This document shows, piece by piece, positions 40,048-53,200 of a DNA stretch of 64,000 nt. A program made the translations under genes and the position numbers. The notes under the pieces were generated by a model. That model was not told the origin of the DNA, searched no databases, and saw nothing but the letters and a program-made list of their open reading frames with translations. The number at the start of each line of letters is the position of its first letter. Position 1 is the first letter of the stretch. This DNA comes from Lingula anatina (lineage: Eukaryota; Animalia; Brachiopoda), in the NCBI GenBank assembly GCA_051362555.1, contig CM120641.1, forward strand, positions 23,442,401-23,506,400. Direction: 5' to 3'.

Positions 40048-43000
40048 TCATGCCTGGCTTTTCAAGAAAGCTCGAATGTTTTCAGCGTCCCTCTCCAGCA
40101 TTGCGGCGTTCAGTCGGATGTTTTCACAAGACTGCTGTATTGTACGTTCTGCAGCCGGGGCTGGGTGCTCCTTAAAGAAAGCCTGGTGAGAAAAGAAGAC
40201 ACTGTTTGTCACATGAACCTTTCCAGAAAAAAATGACTATGCAAAACAAGAACTTTTGAATTTAAAATATTCATAATTAAAACAACTGAATACTTATTAT
40301 CTTTTAATTTAGCAATAAAGAAGCCTTTTCATGTATATCAAATTTTGTTTAAAAGTAATTTTCAATTCATCCCAAACCTCAATCTCCTTCGCTTTTTCTT
40401 CAGAGGCAAACTTCTCTGTGCTAAACTAAAAAGAGAAAAAAAAACCAAGGTCACCATTGTATCACTGTAAGGTCAACTCTAAAAGGTCAACAGTAACATG
40501 TTGAGGACAACATTGTGTCCATCTTAGCCCATGTCATGGAATTAATACTGCAGTTCTTGCAAATAAAATTGTCCTTCTTAAACATATTTCACTTTATTAG
40601 TTTGGTTTGAGATTAAACCTTGTCTTACTAAAATTTCTTCTCATAAAGTCATGCAAATGAATTCAGCATGGACACTACACCAATCTTCTCTTTGAACAAC
40701 AAGCCTACATTCCTGGCATGATATTTACCATGATAAGTCTTGCCAGTAGGAAACCCCGTCCATAGCGTTCATAGAGGACATCCCACTTGTCCTTCAGGAA
40801 TGTCCAGACCAGTTCGCGACCCTCAACTGTCCCTGTTGCGCCACCTACAACAAAAACTGTGTCCTGGGAACGCACTTCTTCCTATAATACAAAAAAATAT
40901 ATATATTTAATTCAATGTCTGTATGTTACACCCTGCCACCGCAAAGTGATGGTTTTACAAAAACTTACTTGTCTCAGAAAATTTTCTAGATAAAATGCAA
41001 AACCTGGTCATAATGTGGCATAATTTAAAATGTTATTGTACTTAAATCGAATACAATTACCTAAATTTCTGTATTTTGTACAGAGGATGATGTAATCAGC
41101 ATTACAATTTATCTTTTGGAAGTGTTAAGAAGTGTGGGTGGGGTAGTTCCTTACCGACATTGCAAACTCCAGCACTCTCTTGATAAGATGGTCTTGCTTC
41201 ACTGCTCCCAGGTTTCTCATGATACGCACTTTCTCTTCATGTAAGTCTGCAGCTCGAAACAACTATAATATCACAGCAAACAGGATTAAAATTCAAACTC
41301 AAAATAAGCTGATAAAAACTGAACTATTTAATTCAAATATCTATTCTATTTTTAACACCATTCTGAAAAAAGTTTGAAATATAGTCTTACTGTTTACCTG
41401 CACAAGTGACAAATTTTGTCATAAAAAAAAAAACCTACCTTGAGTAATTGTTCAAATACTTTATCATCTCCATGCTTTAACACCACAGTATAAGTCTGAA
41501 AAAGAATTATCATCATTTAAAAGTTCAACAAGATACTAACCACTAAATCACGTACCGACCGTCAGATTTTAGTCCTCTTAAGTGTCGAGTATTCATTGTA
41601 AGAATAAAAAAACCTTCTAAGTTTGTCACATATGCCCCTCTGAAAAAATTCCTAAACATGGTGCAACATTCTTTATGCCAAAGAAAAAAATATATACATA
41701 CTGGTCCTCTTAGGTCAGCAGGAAGTATAGTGCTGCCCTCTGCATGTGCCTGAAATCTTTTCCTCGCCTCTGCCACTGTTGCCTCATGACCATAAGTACC
41801 CAATCTGCCCAATACCAGACCACGCAACATGGCATCTAAGTGACCTATAGGAGGGAACATGGCATTTAATATAATAATAAGCAGTACAAGCAACCATCTC
41901 ATCCTATTTTTATATGAATACGAAATGGGATTACAATTCTTTTGGCAAATATCTGGAGATATGAATTACACTGTGTGACTGTAGGTAGAAGAACATATAT
42001 ATTTTCTTTTTAGTGATGGTAGGGAATAGACGGAATTTCATTTATATATCAAAATGATTTATATATATATATCAATTATCTAATTTATGTTTTTTACTAA
42101 CTCTCTTTTGGTTTGGGATCCCAACCAAGTTTCTGTGCAATCTTATCAAACAGCTTGCACCCAAATGCTTTGAAGGAGTCGAAGAAATCCGTGTACTGCA
42201 AAGGAACGGCCATGTTGGCCAGGTTGGTGGCCAGGTCGGACCACACTGTGTAGTTGTCTTCTGTTTCAAATGCTGGCAGGACTTTGAAGACATCCACAGC
42301 AGATATGGTCCCAGCCATGGCCTACAAATAGAAAAGTTTGAAAAATATGAGTTATTTAAGAAGATTATCACAGTAATCACCAGTAGGGCAAATAGTCTGT
42401 TGCACTGTTTAATACATACACTCTAGCATTACTTATGTATTCTAATCAAGTCTCAAGAGCATTAATTCCTTGAATCATTTTGCTATGGATGTGAACACAT
42501 TAAAAAGCACAACAACTTGTGAAAACCTTAAAGTTCTGATATGTCAAAAACTTTCAAGGGATATTATTACCAGTGCAAAGAGATCATTCTGCAATCCGAG
42601 TCTGTCTCTGGGTGAAAGTGCATGACTCCTGATCCCAGGGAGTAGTGCCTCCAACATAGTGGTGGAATACTGGGTACGGTAGAATGCCACAGAGCCTGGG
42701 TTCACCTGGGGAGAGGAACAGATACACACCCATTTCAAACAATAATACTGAAGAGTACATAAGCCTACCAAATACACTCTGTACGTGGCCTAAGCACTGG
42801 GCCCAAATGGCAGCACATTTGATGCTGTGCCTGTAAAATTTTGAATGCTTGTTTAGTTATTGGTTGCTATATCTGCTTCGGGCCAGCTATTCCTAGACCC
42901 CGTAGGCCCACGCAGCACAACAGATTGTTGAAACAGAACTGAAACAGATGGGAGTAGGAAGAGGAAACCCTCCTCATCTTGCCTGTGGAGAGGAATGTTG

Positions 43001-43653
43001 AAAGACTGCTGTGGTTGCTGGTACAAAAGGCAGCAGGTGTGATAGGTGTGAATTATAGATAACTAGTAGAGAAAATAATCATATACCCAGTATCTTGGCC
43101 CAATTGCACAGTAAAGTTCCAACCACATGTCCCTTTCTGGTGAAGAGGACTATGTAATCTAGTTTGTTTAGGCTAATGGATGGCCTTCATTCTCTTAGAC
43201 AAAGTTTTGTTGACATATGCTGATCTTCTATAGATATAAAAAATACTGACACAAAGACAGCAGATGGTCCTCACCTTAACCCAGTCTTCAGGCTTCACAT
43301 TCTCAAGGACCACAGTGGCAGATTTTTCTTCTAGTAACAAAATTTTGACAGGAATGCTGGGGCTGCTGGCAGTACAAATTTTCACTGGAACTTTCCACAG
43401 TGATGAATCATTGGCTGAAACAGGGAGTCATATTAGGTGTATTCTAAAGTAGTACCAAAAACATAAAGAAATGTTTGTTTACATCTTAAATTCTAACTTC
43501 AAAATTTAGGGAAGAAAAATCTTTGAATTACAACTTGATAAAACAGAAAAGCTATAGTGTCAGCTTGTTCTAATTTTAAGTAATATCCCCAGCTGCGTAG
43601 AGATATGGACTGACAACAATACAATTAAAAACACCAAGATGAACACCAAAAAA

Positions 43654-43688
<35 letters not shown>

Positions 43689-46600
43689 ATCCAAAATAAT
43701 CATTTCTGATATAGATTAATTTTCATAGTATTTGTATGTTGACTACTTACCATCGCCTTTTCCATCAGCACAGAACTTCTCCTGTGTAATGGTCAGAACC
43801 CGGTTGCTGCCTTCCTGTTTGTCTGATACCTGAAATACCACAGTACTGGTTGCAGTATACTTACTATGTTAAACATGGAGAATTACTAAAAAAAGAAAAC
43901 TGGGGGATATACCAGCAAAAATAACACAGTTAAATTATGTAAGTGATTTTGCTCCATGACACTCAGGCCTATGGCTGGACAGGAGTGGGTAGGTAGTGTG
44001 ATGCAATTTTTCAAGTTGGGTGAATTTTGGGGGTAAAAAAGTCCACTTCTTTAGAAAAGACCCCACTTGAAATTGCTAGCTACAGACATAGCTTACTTTA
44101 AGTACAGGGAATCCCATTTGTTTAGTCCAGGTGTTCATGATGGCTGCCACAGGTTTTCCACTAGCTTGCTCCAGCGAGGCCCACAAGTCCTCAGTGAATG
44201 TGTTCTTGTGAGAAAATTTGGTAAGATAGTCACTAAGACCTTTCTTGAAACTCTGACAAATGAAGAAAAGAATGAATTATTTAAAGAAATAAACTTCATT
44301 CCAGACAATGTAGTACATTATCTATAATCCGTTATAAGAAATCAGCTTATAAAACGCTTTGCACAATGTTTCATTAAAAACATGCTTGTTGTTATTCTTC
44401 CCTAGGTAAGAGAGAAAAAAATTCAACTGAATGCTCTCCTAAACCAAACCATACCTCATCGCCAATATAATCGTGCAGCATGCGTATGACACTGGCTCCC
44501 TTGCTGTATGATATGGCATCAAATATTTCATCTATCTCACTGGGATGGCCAACAGGCACCTGGAATATTGAAGGGATTATACAGATCACGGTCAACTTAT
44601 ATGAATGAAAACCTAATAATGGTTGCCCTTTGCAGGCATAACAAATAGAAAACTACAGGCCTCACAGAATATTGTAAAACTTCACAACATCTGCTCATTA
44701 AACCACATTGCATTATTTGATAAGGGACTAAACGCACTGCCAATTAAATGGAATATCAAACATCCACAGATTACCGAGTTATCTTGGTCAAAGTTTTCAC
44801 TAAATACATAAGTACAGTATATATTAAGACCTTTAAATTTTCAGTTCAATTCTTTTGTGTGATTTAGATGACTACCTCAATTGCATGGCTGTTCTTGAGA
44901 GCATCCAGCTCCAGAGCCCTCGTGAAATCCGTGGAAGCAAACTGGTTCCAGATGTCGTACTCTGGGAAACAGTGGTCTACGCACAGATACTCAATGAATG
45001 ATGCAAATCCCTCATTCAGCCACAGGTGCGTCCACCATTCCTAGTGATAACAGAAAACATTGTCCTTATCTTTGGAAATCACATAATAAAATGCTTGCAT
45101 ATACGAATGCAACCCACACTGGTAGCAGTCAAAAAATGCCAAGAGCTGGCTATCACACTAAATGAGAAAATCTATTATGCAGCTTTTAGCTCATGCCACC
45201 AATGCACTAACTCCTATCCTATAAGCAATATTATCAAATGTTTTAAAGAGGAAACAAAGCTAATCTACAACTTTAAAAAAAGGGTTACCATAGTAACTAG
45301 GTTTCCAAACCACTGATGTGCCAGCTCATGTCCTACGACCAGGGCTACCCATTGTTTGGCCGAGGACGAGGAGTTCTCGGGGTCTACAAGAAGTGCTGTT
45401 TCTCGGTAGGTGACAAGGCCCCAGTTTTCCATGGCCCCTAGATTGGGAAAGTGGAAGAGAGAATTATATACGCTTTGTTATACATATACTGAACAAAATG
45501 CAAATGATGATATAAATGCGACTATTTAATGTGCAATGTGCAACACATCATATCACCATGCAGACACATCCAAGATGGAAGTTCATTCACGAGCTCTATC
45601 TAATCAATGCTTTTTTTTTCAAAAATATGAAGCGTAAATCTCCTAGTAACAAAAAATTGTTGTCAAAGTTGCCAGGAGATTACTGCCTTGATTTCTACAA
45701 TTTCATCTTGATTTCTACCATTTCGTCTTTTCTGATGTTTTACTGATATGATTAGTACCTGCAGCAAAATCTGCAATGGCAATAAGGTCCATCTTGGGGA
45801 GTGGGTAAGGTATTTTGAAATAGTCCTTGTAGAAAGGTAGTGTCTTCGTGGCAACCTGTAACAACAGTAACACACGTCATTTACAACACAGATAGAGAGG
45901 ACTACAGTTGTACCAACTGTGCACAACATGCTAAGCACACTTCATCTGTCTACAGACAAGAGAGATTTAAAACCAGACGTCAGCCTAGAACACACCACCA
46001 GACCAGGGTTAAGAACAGGATGACAAGTGTCTCCAGTAGTGGATTGTCTGATGATGCCTTTTAGGCAGATATCCAGTCAAAGTTGATCCAGGTGTGCGTG
46101 CAGTGATGAGTACATGTACACACCACCAACTTAGGACATACCTAAGGCAAAGTCAGGTATGGCAATCAGGTCAATTTTGGGCAGTGGATATCCAAGCTTG
46201 AAATAATTCTTGTAGAAAGGAAGAGTTTTGCAGGAAACCTGGAATTCAAGATCAGTTGGAAATTCTGTTAAGGATCTGCATATCCTGTTCTGGAACATGG
46301 AGACTGAAAATTGATCAAAGTCTTATGGAGTTTAACTTCAAAACTGCAGTTGTATTGATGAGGATTCAAGCTATGTTACGAGGTAATAGGTAGAGAAACC
46401 TACAGTTGCGTAAAAGAATGAGAAACAGTGAAAATTTGATAATCAAAATTAGATTTTTCCCAATTTAACAGAGGAACTCAATGCACAATTTGAAGCCTCA
46501 TCTCATTCCTGCATACAATCCAACTTGAAACCATTTAAACACGATAATTAACAATCAGTCATTATAAAAACAATTTACCATTTTTCTTAGTGCATTATTT

Positions 46601-47860
46601 AAAACTATGCCTCTATCTTCATCTCTTTAAAAATTCAAGTTATTAAGGCCTGTAGACAGAAATTTCATAGAGGGTTATTTCTCTGAAAAAGTGGGGGGGA
46701 CGATGAGCATTTCCAAGAAGTTGAACTCCCAAGTTTTGTTCCGAAGAAGTGGACCTTATACCTCTCCCCATCTTGAATCCACCCCTCACCCCTGTCTAAG
46801 GGCCTGTATTATTTCATGGAATGGGCAACAATGTGTACCTCCAAGGCAAACTGTCCCTGTTCCTTCTTTCCCAGAGGAGTGTACACCCGGACCAAGACAT
46901 TGTCAGCATCCTTGGCCTCCACATAGTCAAACTCTCCCACAACAAACGCCAGCAGGTAGGTAGACATCACAGGTGTGCGGCCATACTTTAAAACCTTCAG
47001 GTTGGAATCGGATTCCAAAGCAGTCTCAGATTCGACTGGCTGAAATGATATTTCATGCAGATTCGAATCACAGGTCATGTTTGAGAGAAGGATTGCGACA
47101 CAGCTTGAATGATATCCCTAATATATGAAAATTAATACCACATTGAATATTTCTGATTTCTTTTTCAAATTGCACATATTTTTACTTTAAAGATTTAGCA
47201 CATGTGAAGAGCTGTTCTGAGTCAAGCAATAGTATTTGATCACTCACCATATTTGAGAGAGCCACCCTGTCCTTGGGGACGACCAGAGTGACATCAAATG
47301 TAGCCTTCACTGCTGGCTCATCCCAACATGGAAAAGCACGCCTGGCATCTGTTGCCTACACAGAAAATACAGACTTTTTATTATGGTGCAAATATACTAC
47401 AGCAAATACTCATTAATTATATTAAATCTACAACCATCCTTCTTCTTATCACTTCCATGAATAAATAACATGGCAATAAAAGCCAACTATAATAAAAAAT
47501 AAAAAAAATCAAACAAGAAATAAACTGTGAGAATAATTTAGAAGATAAATACAAAAACTTTTTTTCCACACAGCAGAAACAAACTTTTCTCTTTATCTCC
47601 AAGTACCATCAACACATTTTACTTGTGTCAGCACCTTATTCAGTGTAAGTAATATAACCTTACCTCAAACTGTGTGACTGCCCCATGCCTTGTCTCTCCA
47701 TTGGGATGGGTATATTTACTGCGATAAAATCCTCGCATTTTATCATTTAAAATACCAGTGAAGCTGAAATGAAGTTTTCCGGGCCCAACCTGCAAAACAG
47801 AATTTAGTATTATTAAAGGTATTGTCCGAATTTTTACCCCTGAAACCAAAAGATACTGGA

Positions 47861-47953
<93 letters not shown>

Positions 47954-49243
47954 CAATGACTTGGAAGTCAAAGCATAAACATTTTTTAATTCTCAGAAAA
48001 TCTCTGATCTTCTAATAAACACTTCTAAAGTAATCATAACATATATAAAAAAAACAAGCAGAAAAAATGGAATCATACCTGTAGTTGTTTAGGAAATGTT
48101 AAGGATAAAATTTCCTCTTCTTCTGAGTAAGCAATCTGAACATCAGTTACATCTGCAAATAATATTTGTAAAATCATTTAGAAACTTAACAAACAAAATA
48201 ACAAAATGAAATGCTTTAATTGGCCTTGGGACTTGGACATAGTGTATAACAAATAAAACATTTACTAGGGAAGGTTTTTCAGGAGATAACATAGAAATAT
48301 CAGTATGTAAATTGCAAAACTAATCTATTTGTATAGCAGAGATATTTAACAAATTAATTATAAAATAAAATTTAGGGAAAAAATTAAAAATCCAGGACCG
48401 TATCTAGGGGATCACTTTAATCACCCTTTTAGTAAGGATAAACATCTGGTATGGGTAAAATTTGAATGAGGTTCTTCAGTAAAAAAAAGTCCACTTTTTT
48501 AAATAAAAGCAATCCCTCTTTGAAATTGCTGGCTACGAACTGATGTTCATGAAAACATTGCATGTGTAAGATCTGCTGGGGGCATACTGCATCAGTACCA
48601 AACAATAAACAGTCAGTATATTTAGAAAATGATATATTACCTCCTTCCTTTCCATTATATTTCACTTCCTGGACTTTGATTTCAGCAGAATTGAGCTTGA
48701 TAACATTTGTTGGATTGCATATCTGAAAGTGAAAGTGGTACTTGTTTTCAATATGGTTAAACAGATTTTAGTAATAACACCATATAAACAGGCACCTAGT
48801 TGGACCCTAGTCTGTCCTGCTGTCGCCAAAGCATTTAATTTGCAAAATCGCTTTGTCACAAATGAGGTTTACGTAATTTGTTCTCAAGTAAATTTTCATT
48901 CATTTTATTTGTCAGATATGATGATTCATCAAATTACCTCCAAACTTATGTCCTCCGTCCCTGTGAATGTGAAAGCTTCAAGGTTGGGCTGTAGACGCAA
49001 ATCATAGTTCACTGGCTTTACATTCGTTGGTAGACGTTCAAACGCTTTTTTCTCCATATCTTCTATTGAGCGCGCGCCTTTTAAAGGGACAGCGGAACAA
49101 GCAAACCTGCGGCGAGCGACACTGACTACAAAAAATGGCCGACTGCTGTGAGACGGACGGAGAGTGTTTTGTTGACAAACAATGAACCTGCAGGGATTTA
49201 TCGATCGAAGTGCTACGAATGCTGCTTTAATGGTAAGCAACAT
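40048..49243 (-). CDS. NPEPPS: Puromycin-sensitive aminopeptidase (M1 family), 21 coding exons per isoform, 928 aa (866 aa from the second ATG at 49057)
   Basis: Exons 49243-48938, 48722-48641, 48152-48079, 47789-47664, 47355-47248, 47039-46839, [46238-46142 or 45855-45759], 45437-45289, 45040-44876, 44559-44455, 44252-44097, 43829-43751, 43414-43275, 42705-42571, 42321-42102, 41844-41702, 41495-41439, 41262-41155, 40881-40729, 40425-40378, 40182-40048; all GT-AG and phase-consistent (2787 nt). Motifs [38 protein letters not shown]...[18 protein letters not shown]. Confidence 0.97.
43651..43690. repeat. (AAAT)n microsatellite in an NPEPPS intron
   Basis: Direct reading. Confidence 0.9.
45759..45855 (-). 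CDS. NPEPPS: NPEPPS mutually exclusive exon 7b ([33 protein letters not shown])
   Basis: 97 nt, ttacag|...GCAG|gtacta, phase 0 to 1; PSA-typical IADFAAGAMEN variant. Confidence 0.93.
46142..46238 (-). CDS. NPEPPS: NPEPPS mutually exclusive exon 7a ([33 protein letters not shown])
   Basis: 97 nt, ttccag|...TTAG|gtatgt, phase 0 to 1, open frame, 24/32 aa identical to exon 7b. Confidence 0.88.
47863..47950. repeat. Poly(A) run followed by (TA)n microsatellite
   Basis: Direct reading. Confidence 0.95.
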
Positions 49244-49441
49244 TCAAACACTCAGTTGTCAAATGATCTAGTTTTGTTCTAAATGGTGTACTCGCATGCA
49301 CGTGTGCACACCGGCTTCTGTCAACTCAGTTTCACTTCGAGGTCGTGACCCACATCCGGGGTCCGTATATCCTTTCAAGCCAAAATGGCGGAACCTGACT
49401 GATTAGGTGTGTACCCGGTCAAATTTCTGGGAGTTGATTAG
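49244..49441. promoter_or_regulatory. Bidirectional promoter for NPEPPS and neurabin, with the putative first non-coding neurabin exon
   Basis: CpG-rich; E-box CACGTG (49299-49304), palindrome GGTCGTGACC (49341-49350), ETS-like CATCCGG, YY1 consensus CAAAATGGCGG (49381-49391), + strand donor AG|GTGAGT after 49441. Confidence 0.7.
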
Positions 49442-50200
49442 GTGAGTATTTTTCCGATTTCAATATGATATTTGTAATTATTTATATGAAAGCTAAATCT
49501 ACAGTTAAGTCCATATATTAAGAAGAAATACGTGACATACCTTGGTTGGGTCATTTACTTCCGTCCTGTATTTTGAGAGAAATTGGACTCAAAGATTGCA
49601 GTTAAAACGCCTTGACACGAGAAGACCCGCATTTTAACTGATCACAGTGCACGGAAAATGATGGAAAACTTCACTTAAAGCGGACAAAGTATTTTCGAAA
49701 CCCCAAGATTCGGCGGCTGGTTTTTGAGAAATTGTAAACTTATTTTTGAAAGTTTTTTTTTCGTTGATTTTTTTAGAGTGCTTGGTCAGTGATGAAGTGT
49801 TATAGTCTACTTCAGATACTCTCTCAGTTAACCTAAAGCCCAAATACCGTCAAAATTAGTGCTTGTTAAAGAAAGATATGATAAAGTCATAAAGGATTAT
49901 GATAGTTATATGTAAGGCAACACTTTATAATGGTTTTATGATTTTCATTTATGCTGGCTGAAACCACTGTAATATGTACACAGAATATTAATTATGACAG
50001 TTCCATTGGTATGTAAGTGGTTTTCACCCGCAAACTGTTCTTCAAAAATGCAGGGTTTTTCTTTTTAATATTTAGAATTTGCCCTAAGAAAGTGCTTGCT
50101 ACTACAGTAATCACACTAGAAACAAGTTCATTCTTGAAGTGCAAAGAGGCTTCTAAGGATGTAGAGATGTCCTAATAACTAACTGTAATTATTTATTCAG

Positions 50201-50260
50201 GTATAATGAGGAGGTATCTTAAGGATATGATTCAGTGCTTTTTATGCAAATTATGAATAG
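50201..50260 (+). other. Candidate 5' UTR exon of neurabin
   Basis: Branch-point-like ctaac, ttattcag| acceptor, AG|gtgagt donor. Confidence 0.4.
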
Positions 50261-53200
50261 GTGAGTTGTAAGGAGTGTATTTCCGTAAAAAAAATTAAGT
50301 GCAGATATGATCTAACTGTTCCCTGACAATTAAAAATATATTCTTGATTTTCAACTGTAACATGGTCAAGTTTCCAGCCTTCAATACTCAATATTTAATA
50401 TTTCATTCACAGTCATAATGTACAAAGGTCACTGTGAGAAACTTGCTGATCTCATGATGGTGCCATTGTCAACAGACTACTAATACTGACCTGCTGGAAT
50501 GGATTGCAAATCATGCATTTCAGTAAACAGGAATGAAATTATGTTATGAAAAAATGTTACAATCACTATTAGTAGACAATTTTGTAAAATGTAGGTATAT
50601 CTCCTTCAAACAATCAGCTTTTACAGTTGTATTTTTTAAAAATTTATTTATGTATTATTTTTTGTGACAATTTTTTATCCAGAAGAATTGCTAACATAAC
50701 AATATTTTTTAACATTGTACAAAGAAGAGATTACTCAATCTAGAACAGGCAAAATTTACTGCAAATAATGGGTTTTGTTCATGTCCAGTTCAGAGTCCAG
50801 TTACTCTGATGATTTAAATGGTATACATATCACTGTGTAATTGTGATATGCTGTCCAGATACCTGTAACCTATGAAATATTGCACATTTGTACTTCCTGT
50901 CCACATTATCTTGCATAAAGTAATATGTACGGCACTGTTTGACAACTTACCAGGCTGGCCCAGAATCTAGTTCAACTTGGATAGATTTCAGCCAGCCTTT
51001 CTTTGTTCTCTCCCGCACAATAGTAAATTTCACAGAAAACTTAAAGACTTTTTACAGTTCTCTATGGTATTGATTTGGATTATCTATAGCATTACGCCAA
51101 GTTAATCTCCTAAAAACTGCCTATTGCCATTAATTATGCAAATCATTTCCTTTAGCAATCAGAGTATTTATGTTATGAAAAAGTATAATGATATTTCTCA
51201 GGTATTACTCTGTGGTCAATTTGTTTTCTACTTGGATCAGCATGTTGTTTTAAGTGGCCCCACAAAAGGCACTGCATCTAATAACAACTGGATCAAATTG
51301 AATTGATTTCTGTGTTCTTAATTGCACTTTTCCTGCAACTGTTTTGAGTTCAAACATTTTGGAGATCCTTTGTTTTCCTTGCATTCACTTCATAACTACA
51401 TTAATTTCATTTTGACCATTGTCTGCCTTGCATGCATATTATTAATCTACCCAAAGTGTATATAATCAATTTAGAAACCAAGTGAGGAAACTGGAGGGAG
51501 ATGAATGGAGAAATAATGGGATGAATTGGAGGGGAAATTAGCTTTTTTAAATGAGTTGATTGTGTACTGATTCATACTTTTGAGTCAAAGACTTACTTAT
51601 TGATTTCCCCATATCTGTCTAATAATAATCCCAAGTGTGAGTGAATCTTGATGATATATGGTCCTTGTTCTGATGACTGTCTACACTGGTTACTTAGTGC
51701 AGGTATTATGAACTCTTGTAGCATAGGTCTGACTTAGTTAACGACACCATGGCTCTGTAGTCATTTATACATTAATCTTATCACGATCATGTCTGGGCAC
51801 TGCCTGAAGATGAGAAGTGGGAAAATTTTATATGGTAAGGGCTAATTATATGTTAGGGAGTGAGACTGTCCAAATGATTGGCATTAAATATAATTTTTTT
51901 CTATCGTGGTAGATAATCATCACCAAATTCTGTTGAAGATTAAATGTGGCAGGGTAGGCAATATATCCAGGGTAAGGTGGCATCTTTGGAAAAAAAATCT
52001 TGTTAATTTGTTACATTGTGCATGGTACTAGTTTAACCATCCATCATACAGACATGAGCAGTTATTATGTTGTTGGCCAGTGTATTGTAAAGATAAGCAT
52101 TGCTGAGGGTATATCATGGATGGAAACCAGATATATTACACATTAACTACTGGCTTTGTATTCCCGCCTCAGCCAAGATAATCAGTATAGAATTTAACAG
52201 CAACACTGGCTTCCAAAATTAGATGAGTTATTATGAGTGGTAACTTATCATTTACAGCTCCATGAATGGTTTTGTGTTAAGCATTATTTAATATCATATT
52301 ATTGATAAAACAAGTAAAGGATTGTTATCCAAAAAATCCATGGTTAGAAAATAACTATTGAATTTTTGCTTCCTTAATAAATTCAGCATTTTGGGTAGTT
52401 TGCCAGAACCTTATATTTCATATTGAAAATATTTAAGACTATAGACAATAGAATTATTTACAGAACAAATATTCTCATAGGGATGATGGCCTTGGTTCTC
52501 TGCCAGATTCATGCCTTTTCATGGAACACTATCTTGGCGTAATTGAGTAACGCACCTCAACTCTCCCTGGGCAATAATGTAAATTACATTGGCAACAAGA
52601 TAGGCTGAGATTCATGGGGCTCAGCACCAGCTGGGTGCCTTTATTAGTTCAATACACTAGCCTAGTATATCAGAATGTCTGCCAGGTAAACTGTTAGTCT
52701 AGAAATCTTCTGTTTTTCAGTTAGGGCATTCTGCACACATGTACAGTACTTAATAGTTACGTAAAACAATGAGAGCATTGTTGAAACATGATAGGGCATA
52801 CACAGCACACTTTGGGTAGATAAGCAAAGGTTGCAGAATGGATTGATGTTGGACTGAACTTTTATATAACTATAAGTGTCTGATTTTATACAAACCACCA
52901 GCCGCATGTAGTTGGTTTATGAGTGCAGGTTTCTGTGTAGTGTTTGGCAATTTTATTCAAAAGTGAACAGTAATGTACAATATGATACCAGAAATACAGA
53001 ATAATTATGAAAAAAATTGTTAATATGCTTTTTAAAGTTATGGTGGTACTATTCTTACTTTAATTCTTTAGCTATGAACGTGCATTGCTGCTGTTTGGGT
53101 GCCCTTTATGTGAAAATAATACAAGGATGACATTTTTATAGTTTCTGAAATAAAAGATAAGTCAAAGCATCTTCCCTCCATGGATAGGTGCATCACACAG

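Noticed and set aside
42770-42831. Possible extra NPEPPS exon in intron 13
   Set aside because: 62 nt, frameshifting, no M1 similarity; flanking exons already join in phase.
46142-46238. Exon 7a as an assembly duplication or dead pseudo-exon
   Set aside because: Too diverged for a haplotype artefact, and many synonymous changes with intact frame and splice sites argue against decay.
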